In this document: positions 1-7,488 of the stretch, piece by piece
Numbering within the stretch: position 1 is the stretch's first letter
Layout: each line of letters opens with the position of its first letter
Assembly (NCBI GenBank): GCA_963676105.1
Contig: OY781039.1
Span: 270,001-302,000 of the forward strand
DNA: 32,000 bases
Source of the DNA: Erysipelotrichaceae bacterium
GTDB taxonomy: Bacteria; Bacillota_I; Bacilli_A; Erysipelotrichales; Erysipelotrichaceae
Direction: 5' to 3'
Notes under the pieces: generated by a model
The model's database searches: none
Told to the model about the DNA's origin: nothing
Seen by the model: only the letters and a program-made list of their open reading frames with translations
Position numbers and translations under genes: made by a program

Positions 1-421
1 CATTTTCATTCACGATAGGAATGACTTTTTCTTTGATTAAGGCTTCAAAACTATTTTGAACATTCTTGATTAAAATGGGTTTATCAAACACGCCTGAGGT
101 TAAAAGAATTTGTCCGACGACAAAACCATACTCACCAAAAAATTTTGCATATAAATGCATTAGTTCAGATTGACCAACAGCAGCTGCGGCTTGTCGTGCT
201 TCTACAGTGCTTGGACGTTTTGTCCATTTCATTTTAGCGGCACCAACACCAATCGCACCTGAGGTGACTAGAATAATTTCTTTTCCATCATTCATTAAAT
301 CGGATAAAACAAGGGATAATTTGTCCATGCGTTCAAAATGTGCACGACCATTGGGATGTGTCACGGTGGTTGTGCCTACTTTAACCACAATACGTTTTGC
401 ATTTTTAAGTGTTTTACGCAT
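1..421 (-). CDS. proB: Glutamate 5-kinase, N-terminal ~140 codons; the rest of the gene lies beyond the left window edge
   Basis: Not in the ORF track because it is open at the edge. My reverse-strand translation from the ATG (complement of 419..421) reads MRKTLKNAKRIVVKVGTTTVTHPNGRAHFERMDKLSLVLSDLMNDGKEIILVTSGAIGVGAAKMKWTKRPSTVEARQAAAAVGQ. This matches the amino-acid-kinase N-terminus typical of ProB. AGGAGA SD (complement of 429..434) sits 7 nt upstream. Confidence 0.8.
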   Translation of the reverse strand, partial: MRKTLKNAKRIVVKVGTTTVTHPNGRAHFERMDKLSLVLSDLMNDGKEIILVTSGAIGVGAAKMKWTKRPSTVEARQAAAAVGQSELMHLYAKFFGEYGFVVGQILLTSGVFDKPILIKNVQNSFEALIKEKVIPIVNEN

Positions 422-456
422 GAGAAAATCTCCTTTATATTAGTGTTTATTATAAC

Positions 457-1128
457 TTAAATACATTTCTCTACAAATGATTTAAATAAAGCTTTTGTAC
501 TTTCTTGAGAAGTCATACGCTCTGGATGCCATTGAACGGCTAGAATTTGATCACCTTCGACGGCCTCGATAATGCCATCTTCACTTTGGGCAATGACATT
601 TAATGTAGGCGCACATTTATCAATCGCTTGATGGTGATAGGAATTTACTTCGATGTTTGAACCAAATATTTCGTGTAGTAGTGTGCCTTTTTCGATATTT
701 ATCATATGTCCCTTTAGACGATTAGTATCTGAAGATAGTGAATGATTTGGGATGTCTTGTTTTAATGATCCACCTAATGCAACATTTATGATTTGAATTC
801 CGCGACATATTCCAAATATGGGGATGGCATATCTTTGAGCGATTTCTATCGCATCAATATCCATTTGATCAACTTCATATGGTTCAGTAGTCGAATCTGT
901 GTTTTCTTGATTATAAAAATAAGGGTCTACGTCTAAACCACCTGGTATCACTAGCCCATCACAATTTTTAAGTTCATCTTCTAATTCCTCGATAGCTTGT
1001 GGGTAGATTAAAATGACGCGTGCTCCTGCTTCTTTAATTGCAGTGATATAATCCTGATTAATAAAAAACTGATCATGGATATGTCCAGTGCTTTTAGCCC
1101 TAGTTAGTAAGGCGAGGGTAGGTTTCAT
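457..1128 (-). CDS. Class-I glutamine amidotransferase / peptidase C26 (gamma-glutamyl hydrolase, PuuD-like)
   Basis: ORF 457..1155. Motifs GICRGIQ (nucleophile Cys), YHHQA and QWHPE are present. I prefer the interior ATG at 1128 (MKPTLALL...) because AGGAG (complement of 1136..1140) lies 7 nt upstream. Confidence 0.8.
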   Translation of the reverse strand: MKPTLALLTRAKSTGHIHDQFFINQDYITAIKEAGARVILIYPQAIEELEDELKNCDGLVIPGGLDVDPYFYNQENTDSTTEPYEVDQMDIDAIEIAQRYAIPIFGICRGIQIINVALGGSLKQDIPNHSLSSDTNRLKGHMINIEKGTLLHEIFGSNIEVNSYHHQAIDKCAPTLNVIAQSEDGIIEAVEGDQILAVQWHPERMTSQESTKALFKSFVEKCI

Positions 1129-1140
1129 AGCTTGACTCCT

Positions 1141-1158
1141 GTTGTGACTAATCACAAC
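1141..1158. promoter_or_regulatory. 18-bp palindrome GTTGTGA-ctaa-TCACAAC in the divergent intergenic region
   Basis: Perfect 7-bp arms with a 4-nt spacer. It sits directly upstream of the SD of the C26 gene and next to candidate -10 boxes on both strands (TATAAG = complement of 1158..1163; TATAAT 1180..1185). Confidence 0.4.
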
Positions 1159-1179
1159 TTATACACTTTATTTTACATG

Positions 1180-1185
1180 TATAAT
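1180..1185 (+). promoter_or_regulatory. -10 box TATAAT placed 6 nt before the ATG at 1192 (candidate leaderless promoter)
   Basis: Sequence is acATGTATAATtAACGCATGG. There is no SD between the box and the start codon. Confidence 0.4.
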
Positions 1186-1191
1186 TAACGC

Positions 1192-2028
1192 ATGGACAAA
1201 CAACATAAAACAATCTTTTTAGATATTGATGGAACATTAGTGGGTGATAAAGGCTCTGTTCCAGAGTCTGCAAAAGAAGCAATCTTAAAAATGAAGGAAA
1301 AAGGTCACAAAGTAATTCTATGCACAGGTCGCACTCTAGATGAAATATATCCACCAATAATGGAAATTGGTTTTGATGGGATTATCGCATGTGGTGGAAA
1401 TTACGTTATTGCGAATGATGAAATCTTATATGAAAGGTATTTTTCGCTTGAAGATTTAAAACATCTCTATGAATACTTCGATAAATATGGAATTAACTAT
1501 TATGCTGAAGCGATATCAGGTATCTATGCTTCAAAGGGCTGTGATCAACAACTTTATGATTTGGCAATGGAAGTTGCGAAAACTGCTGGGGATCATTTCA
1601 TGGAACATTTTAATGTTTTTAGAAATGTGATGAAACAAAATGAGAATTTATTAAGAGAAGATGTCACTAAAATTTCCTTCTTAGGATCAAATCATCACAT
1701 AGATGATCTGAAAGAAGAATATAAAGATAAATTTGAAATCTTTGATTTAGTGGTGCCTATGTTTGGTGAAAATAGTGGTGAAATATCAATTAAAGGAACA
1801 GATAAAACGGTTGGTATGGATATTATGATTCATCACTTTGATTTGATTGAAGAAAACTCAATTGCGATAGGTGATGGGAATAATGATATTACCATGCTTC
1901 AAAAAGCAAATATCGGCGTATGTATGGGAAATGGTACAGATAAACTTAAAGCAGTAGCTGATATGATTACTGATGATGTTAATCATGATGGTCTCGCAAA
2001 AGCACTTAAAAACTTAGAGTTATTCTAA
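1192..2028 (+). CDS. Cof-type HAD-IIB family hydrolase (sugar-phosphate phosphatase-like)
   Basis: 278-aa ORF. HAD motif I is FLDIDGTL and motif IV is GDGNNDITML. Length and cap region fit the Cof/YidA subfamily. Confidence 0.8.
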   Translation: MDKQHKTIFLDIDGTLVGDKGSVPESAKEAILKMKEKGHKVILCTGRTLDEIYPPIMEIGFDGIIACGGNYVIANDEILYERYFSLEDLKHLYEYFDKYGINYYAEAISGIYASKGCDQQLYDLAMEVAKTAGDHFMEHFNVFRNVMKQNENLLREDVTKISFLGSNHHIDDLKEEYKDKFEIFDLVVPMFGENSGEISIKGTDKTVGMDIMIHHFDLIEENSIAIGDGNNDITMLQKANIGVCMGNGTDKLKAVADMITDDVNHDGLAKALKNLELF

Positions 2029-2478
2029 GTTTTTTTTAATGATATTTATCGTTTCTATTTTTTCTCTTGAGGCTATAATGCAGGTGCTTTGATTACCCAA
2101 ATTGATTTCCTTAAAAATCACATTAGAAGGTAAATTGTGTGTTAAGTGTTGAGGTTTATCATCTAATTTAATCCATGCTTCTAGTGAACACCAAGTTATT
2201 AATGGATGATCAGGATTGAGGCTTAATCGATCTATTAAATGATTTGATATTTCACGAGGGAATTCACAGTCAATACCTATAGGAAAGGTTTCATACGCAA
2301 TTAATAAAAGATTTCTTGTATGACTGACACTGACAAATCCATTTTCAATGAGTGGCTTTCCAGTACTAGAATATGAAACTTGTCCCCACAAATTTTCTTT
2401 AGCTAAGTTTAAAAGGATTGGCTTGGATGATTTATGTTTGAAGTCATTTTCTTTATTTTCATACAAATATATCTGCAT
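2020..2478 (-). CDS. Short 4'-phosphopantetheinyl transferase superfamily protein (Sfp-like motifs)
   Basis: 152-aa ORF with ordered motifs GKP...VSVSHT, GIDCE and WCSLEAWIK. These resemble the Sfp-type pattern GKP/xSHS, GxD(x)E, W(S/T/C)xKEAxxK. It is shorter than typical Sfp enzymes. Its 3' end overlaps the convergent HAD gene by 9 nt. Confidence 0.5.
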   Translation of the reverse strand: MQIYLYENKENDFKHKSSKPILLNLAKENLWGQVSYSSTGKPLIENGFVSVSHTRNLLLIAYETFPIGIDCEFPREISNHLIDRLSLNPDHPLITWCSLEAWIKLDDKPQHLTHNLPSNVIFKEINLGNQSTCIIASREKIETINIIKKNLE

Positions 2479-2595
2479 ATATCAAAGTCTAGCACAGCTT
2501 AGGTTGAAAAATTGAAAAAGGAACAATTTTTCATGACAAATCTAATTTAAACAAGATACAATGAAACACAAGATATCATCGGTTGGAGGGAAATT

Positions 2596-3309
2596 ATGAT
2601 TGATACTATACTATTTGATTTAGATGGTACATTACTACAAATCAATAATAAAGAATTTGAGAAATATTATTTTGGTGCGATGGCAAAACAAGTTGAAGAT
2701 ATTTATACTTTAACTGAGATTGTAGATCTTATTTGGGCATGTACTAAAGAAATGGTTAAAGATACAAGTGACTTAACCAATGAAGAAAGTTTTTATCAAG
2801 CACTTAGAAAACGTGTGAGTGAAGAAAGACTAGCTGAACTACAACCACGTTTTGATGCTTTTTATGAAGGACCGTTTGATTTAGTTCGTAAGGCTGTCTT
2901 AGAGAATACACCACTTGTAGATGCGGTTAATGTATTAAAGGATAAAGGGTATCGTTTAATCGTTGCGACAAACCCAATGTTTCCAAAACTAGCGATTGAA
3001 AAACGAATTCAATGGACTAATATCAATCGCAATCACTTTGACTATGTAACAAGTTTTGAAAAGAATCATTTCTGTAAACCACAACCTGCTTACTACAGTG
3101 AAATATTAAAAGATATCAATGCGAAAGCTGAGAATTGTTTAATGGTCGGAAATGATAGTTTTGAAGATATGATTGCGAAAAAAGTCGGTTTACAAACTTA
3201 TTTAGTGACTAATCACATCATTGAACATGAACAAGCAATTGAAGCAGATTATAAAGGAGATATGCTAGACTTCTTGAAATTCGCAAAAAGTTTACCAAAT
3301 CTAAAATAA
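2596..3309 (+). CDS. HAD-IA family hydrolase
   Basis: 237-aa ORF with motif I LFDLDGTL. GGAGGG SD lies upstream. A terminator follows. Confidence 0.75.
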   Translation: MIDTILFDLDGTLLQINNKEFEKYYFGAMAKQVEDIYTLTEIVDLIWACTKEMVKDTSDLTNEESFYQALRKRVSEERLAELQPRFDAFYEGPFDLVRKAVLENTPLVDAVNVLKDKGYRLIVATNPMFPKLAIEKRIQWTNINRNHFDYVTSFEKNHFCKPQPAYYSEILKDINAKAENCLMVGNDSFEDMIAKKVGLQTYLVTNHIIEHEQAIEADYKGDMLDFLKFAKSLPNLK

Positions 3310-3332
3310 CGTGTGTAAAACACGTTTTTTTA
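3308..3332 (+). terminator. Rho-independent terminator
   Basis: Stem AACGTGT (3308..3314) pairs with ACACGTT (3320..3326), followed by a T-run. Confidence 0.75.
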
Positions 3333-3349
3333 TAAGGTATAATATAAAC

Positions 3350-4726
3350 ATGAAAAAACAGAAATGCTCTTTTTTATTGGGACTACTTGCAGCTCGTTTA
3401 TCAATGCTTGCGCTTAAAGTTTTAAAACGTAATGGCACGCACTTTCCTGGGCATATTGCACTTAAATATTGTCCAGAATTTTTATCACACTTAGCTCAAC
3501 CTAAAAAGCTTATTGCGATTACTGGAACTAATGGTAAAACAACGAGTTCAAATTTAATCCTAGATGTTTATCAACAAACGGGTTTAAGTATCGCCCATAA
3601 TTCACTTGGGTCAAATATCCAAGAAGGCATTATCACGACGTTATTAAAAGGTTCTTCTTTTTTTGGTTCTAAACCAATAGTAGATTTGGTTATTTTAGAA
3701 GTTGATGAACGAGTATCACCTAAAATATATCCTTATATCAAACCTGATTATTTATTAATTACAAATTTATTTAGAGATAGTTATCGACGTAATGGTCCAG
3801 TAGATTTTATTGCGGATATACTAGAAAAATCTATTCCTACAGAAACTAAACTTATCGTTAATGCAGATGATCCAATTAGTTCATATCTATGTCAAAATAA
3901 TGAGCGATTTGTCTTTAGTATGGATGCATTAAAGGATGAACTTGAAATCAAAGATAGTTTGATAAAAGATCTTGTATATTGTCCAGTCTGTGATCATAAA
4001 TTAACGTATTCTTTTAATCGTTATCACCATATCGGACATGTGTATTGTAGAGATTGTGGGTTTACAAATTTAGATTCGAATATTTCAATTGTTAAAGTGG
4101 AAGATGAAGTCCATGTAAAACTTGATGATCGTATTTATTTATTCCCTCGCATCGGAGAGAATGTGACGGATTATTATAATATGTTGTCTGCGATTGCGAC
4201 GTGTTTATATACAGGTTTAACGATTGAAGATATTCAAGCTTACTTTAAAAATCTTAAAGTTGTGAAAACACGATTTAATATTTCAGAAGAAAAAGGTAAA
4301 CGTATCATTACTATGATGTCAAAGGATCAAAATCCAGTTGCGGCATCACGTGTTTCTGATTATATTCGTCGTCAAAATGATCGGAAAACGGCTGTTATTT
4401 TAATTAATGAAGATTCATTTCATAAAACGACAAGTGAAAACACAGCTTGGTACTTCGATGCTGATTTTGAATATTTAAACCAAGAACATATAAGACAAAT
4501 TATTGTAGGAGGTTGGCGTACACTTGATGCGAAAGTCCGCTTTTTACTTGCAGGCGTGGATGAAAGTAAAATCTTACTTGCCAATGATGAATTAAGTACT
4601 TATAAATTTGTTGATTTTACACAAGTTGAAGATGTTTATATTTTGTATGGCACTAAAACTGAAGCAGAAGCACAAACAATAAAGAATAATTTATTGAAAC
4701 GAATTGAAAAGGAGCTTGGTCAATGA
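3350..4726 (+). CDS. murT: Mur-ligase-family subunit MurT of lipid II isoglutaminyl synthase
   Basis: P-loop GTNGKTT, Cys4 ribbon CPVC...CRDC, and a C-terminal WYFDADFE region. It is colinear with S. aureus MurT as I recall that sequence. Start set at ATG 3350 (MKKQK...); the GTG at 3311 in the track lies inside the terminator hairpin. An ATGA overlap links it to the next gene. Confidence 0.85.
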   Translation: MKKQKCSFLLGLLAARLSMLALKVLKRNGTHFPGHIALKYCPEFLSHLAQPKKLIAITGTNGKTTSSNLILDVYQQTGLSIAHNSLGSNIQEGIITTLLKGSSFFGSKPIVDLVILEVDERVSPKIYPYIKPDYLLITNLFRDSYRRNGPVDFIADILEKSIPTETKLIVNADDPISSYLCQNNERFVFSMDALKDELEIKDSLIKDLVYCPVCDHKLTYSFNRYHHIGHVYCRDCGFTNLDSNISIVKVEDEVHVKLDDRIYLFPRIGENVTDYYNMLSAIATCLYTGLTIEDIQAYFKNLKVVKTRFNISEEKGKRIITMMSKDQNPVAASRVSDYIRRQNDRKTAVILINEDSFHKTTSENTAWYFDADFEYLNQEHIRQIIVGGWRTLDAKVRFLLAGVDESKILLANDELSTYKFVDFTQVEDVYILYGTKTEAEAQTIKNNLLKRIEKELGQ

Positions 4727-5436
4727 AAATAGAAGTTCTATACGCAAAAGTTTCTAATCTTTATGGTGATCAAGGTAATGTTTTGTTGCTTAAAAAAACT
4801 TTAATTGGTGCGACATTTTATGAAACAGACTTAAATGAAACTCCAAAGTTTGTAACATCAAAAATTAACTTAATCATTATGGGTTCAATGAGTGAAAAAA
4901 TGCAAATCAAGGTGATTAATCGTTTAATGCCCTTTAAAAATCGAATCATTGAAATGATTGATGCAGGTGTTCATTTTGTGATTACTGGGAACGCATTAGA
5001 TATTTTTGGGGAAGGGATTCAAAAAGAAGATGGATCTTTTGTCGAAGGTTTAAATATTTTTCCATTCAAAACAAAAGAAGATTTAATGCATCGACATAAT
5101 TCATTTGTTTTAGGGAGATATAAGAATATGGAAATTGTTGGTTTTAAAACACAATTTGCACAATTGTTTCCTAGCAGCAAATGTCCTCATTTCTTAGATA
5201 TCGAACGTGGTACGGGTTATCATGTTGGCTCAAAGGTCGAAGGTATTCAACGAAATCGTTTTTATGGGACCAACTGCATTGGACCATTACTGGTCTTAAA
5301 TCCATTTTTTACGCTAACTTTATTAAAAGAACTGGGCATTAATAATCCTCGTTTACCCTTTGAAAAATCTTTGATTGCAGCTTATCACAAACGAGTATCA
5401 GAACTTAGAGATCCTAAAATAATTAATTATCCTTAA
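4723..5436 (+). CDS. gatD: GatD-like (CobB/CobQ-type amidotransferase) partner of MurT, apparently lacking the Cys/His catalytic residues
   Basis: 237-aa ORF translationally coupled to murT. It is colinear with S. aureus GatD (SNLYGDQGN, IVGF, GTxxxGPLL). The nucleophile motif reads VITGNALDIFG and the His motif reads GTNCIGPLL. Confidence 0.7.
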   Translation: MKIEVLYAKVSNLYGDQGNVLLLKKTLIGATFYETDLNETPKFVTSKINLIIMGSMSEKMQIKVINRLMPFKNRIIEMIDAGVHFVITGNALDIFGEGIQKEDGSFVEGLNIFPFKTKEDLMHRHNSFVLGRYKNMEIVGFKTQFAQLFPSSKCPHFLDIERGTGYHVGSKVEGIQRNRFYGTNCIGPLLVLNPFFTLTLLKELGINNPRLPFEKSLIAAYHKRVSELRDPKIINYP

Positions 5437-5498
5437 GAGCGGCATTTGCTGCTTTTGTTAAGCAAAGTTGTATAATATTTTATATAGAAGAGGATATT

Positions 5499-6716
5499 AT
5501 GTATAACACACAAGAAATAAAAGAAAATGTATATTGGGTTGGTGGAAATGATAGACGTCTACATCGATTTGAAAATATGTTCCCACTACAATTTGGGATT
5601 GCTTATAATTCATATGTAATAGTGGATGAGAAATGCGCACTGATTGATACCGTAGATTCATCGATATCACAATTGTTTATTGATAATGTTGAACATGTAT
5701 TAAATGGTCGTGACTTAGATTACTTAGTCGTTAATCATATGGAACCTGATCACTGTGGTAATGTTGAAACTATTTTACGTCGCTATCCAAACTGTAAGTT
5801 TGTGGGGAATCAAAAGACCTTTCAATTTTTCTCACAGTTTTATGATTTTGATGCATCTTATGCCTATTATGAAGTTAAAGATTTAGATGAAATATCTTTA
5901 GGAAAACATCAATTAAGATTTTACTTTTCACAAATGGTTCATTGGCCAGAAGTGATGATGACTTTAGAAACAAGTGATCATATTTTATTTTCGGCAGATG
6001 CTTATGGAACTTTCGGTGCACACTATGGTTCAATCTTTGCAGATGAAGTTGATTATCGTCGTAATCACGTGGATGAAGCTCGACGTTATTATGCCAATAT
6101 TATTGGACGATTTGGTTTACCGGTTCAAACAATTATGCGTAAATTATCCAATGATGTGATAAAGATGGTTGCTTCAGTTCATGGACCAATCTATCGTGAG
6201 AGCACTGAACTGGCATTAATATTAGATAAATATGAGAAATGGTCACACAATATTCCAGAAGTGCATTCGGTATTAATGATTTATGGAACAATGTACAACA
6301 ACACGGAACTTGTGGTTGATACACTTGCGACTAAGCTGTCTCAAAATGGTGTGAAAGATATGCGTATTTATGATGTGAGTGAGTTTGATGTATCTTATTT
6401 AATTGCAGATGTTTGGAAATACTCACATATTGTCATTGCGACACCAACATACAACACAGGTGTCTTCCATTTAATTCATAACTTCCTGCATGAACTTGTT
6501 ACCCTTAATTTGAGTAATCGTAAGTTTAGTTTTATAATTAATCAATCTTGGGGTGGGACAGCATTAAGAGATCTTCAAGAACTTGTTTCAAAAATGAAAA
6601 ATATTGAGATTGTTGGTGAACCTTTACAAATTATTTCGACAGTTAAAAACGATAATTTAGAAGCGATTGAAAATCTTGCGAAAGAAATTTCTGATAGTGT
6701 TAAATCAATGACATAA
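5499..6716 (+). CDS. Flavodiiron protein (FprA-type: metallo-beta-lactamase-like domain plus flavodoxin domain)
   Basis: 405-aa ORF with di-iron ligand motif HMEPDHCG and a C-terminal flavodoxin-like half (LMIYGTMYNNTE). An SD is present. Confidence 0.8.
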   Translation: MYNTQEIKENVYWVGGNDRRLHRFENMFPLQFGIAYNSYVIVDEKCALIDTVDSSISQLFIDNVEHVLNGRDLDYLVVNHMEPDHCGNVETILRRYPNCKFVGNQKTFQFFSQFYDFDASYAYYEVKDLDEISLGKHQLRFYFSQMVHWPEVMMTLETSDHILFSADAYGTFGAHYGSIFADEVDYRRNHVDEARRYYANIIGRFGLPVQTIMRKLSNDVIKMVASVHGPIYRESTELALILDKYEKWSHNIPEVHSVLMIYGTMYNNTELVVDTLATKLSQNGVKDMRIYDVSEFDVSYLIADVWKYSHIVIATPTYNTGVFHLIHNFLHELVTLNLSNRKFSFIINQSWGGTALRDLQELVSKMKNIEIVGEPLQIISTVKNDNLEAIENLAKEISDSVKSMT

Positions 6717-6717
6717 G

Positions 6718-6741
6718 TCCTAGATAAATCTAGGATTTTTT
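6718..6741 (+). terminator. Rho-independent terminator
   Basis: Stem TCCTAGA (6718..6724) pairs with TCTAGGA (6729..6735), followed by a T-run. Confidence 0.75.
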
Positions 6742-6789
6742 ATGATTATTTGGACTTAAGAAAAAGATAAAATGATGTATAATAAACGC

Positions 6790-7479
6790 ATGGTTTATGT
6801 TAAACGAAGAAGACGAGTTCGCTGGATTCCATTGTCGCTGTTTATCTTAGCGATTTTAGCGGTTGCCTTCTTTTTATTACGCCCCTATATTTTTGCGAAT
6901 CAAGAACCAGAAATTGAGGTGATTGAAGGGGAAGTTGTGGATGTTGGTCCAGACTTAAATGGAAACGGAATTTCTGATATTGATGATATCGTCATTGGTG
7001 CTCGCAAAGACGCATTGGCATTACCTGCTTATGTTAACTGGTATTATGCAGGGGGTTATCCACCAGAGGATGAAGGAACCTGTACTGATCTAGTTTGGCG
7101 TGCATTCATGGAAGCTGGAATTGTCTTAAAAGACTTAGTTGATGCTGATATTGCGGCTAATACTTCAGCTTATCCATATGCCAGTGAACCAGATCCAAAC
7201 ATTGATTTTAGAAGAGTTAGAAATTTATATTACTTTTTTCAAAGAAATGGATTAGAATTAACAACGGATGTTTATGAAACTGATCAGTGGCAAGCTGGAG
7301 ATATAGTAATCTTTGGTAATCTTGAACACATTGGAATCGTTTCAGATATTCGAAACGAAAATGACATTCCATATCTTATCCATAATAATGATCAACCAAT
7401 CCGTGAGGAAGATCGATTAGAGTATGGATCATATACACAAGGCATTACTGGACACTTTAGATGGATACCAGAGGAATAA
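6790..7479 (+). CDS. DUF1287-like membrane-anchored protein
   Basis: Basic N-terminus plus a TM segment (MVYVKRRRRVRWIPLSLFILAIL...). GTCTDLVWRAF and GDIVIFG..HIGIV resemble DUF1287 proteins as I remember them. Start moved from 6772 to ATG 6790 because TATAAT (6778..6783) lies inside the longer ORF, 6 nt before 6790. Confidence 0.55.
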   Translation: MVYVKRRRRVRWIPLSLFILAILAVAFFLLRPYIFANQEPEIEVIEGEVVDVGPDLNGNGISDIDDIVIGARKDALALPAYVNWYYAGGYPPEDEGTCTDLVWRAFMEAGIVLKDLVDADIAANTSAYPYASEPDPNIDFRRVRNLYYFFQRNGLELTTDVYETDQWQAGDIVIFGNLEHIGIVSDIRNENDIPYLIHNNDQPIREEDRLEYGSYTQGITGHFRWIPEE

Positions 7480-7488
7480 GGAGAACTC

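Noticed and set aside
207-443. 78-aa plus-strand ORF from the track
   Set aside because: It lies entirely antisense to the well-supported proB reading frame. It has no SD and no recognisable motif, so I treat it as a shadow ORF.
1148-1357. 69-aa minus-strand ORF
   Set aside because: It is antisense to the HAD gene and spans the promoter region. The sequence is Cys/Leu-rich and low-complexity, so I treat it as a shadow ORF.
3311-3349. GTG-initiated N-terminal extension of murT (MCKTRFFIRYNIN)
   Set aside because: The GTG sits inside the stem of the upstream terminator hairpin. The S. aureus MurT N-terminus aligns from MKKQK (ATG 3350).
5974-6324. Two small ORFs (5974-6159 plus strand, 6133-6324 minus strand)
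   Set aside because: Both are nested in the flavodiiron gene, out of frame or antisense. Neither has an SD.
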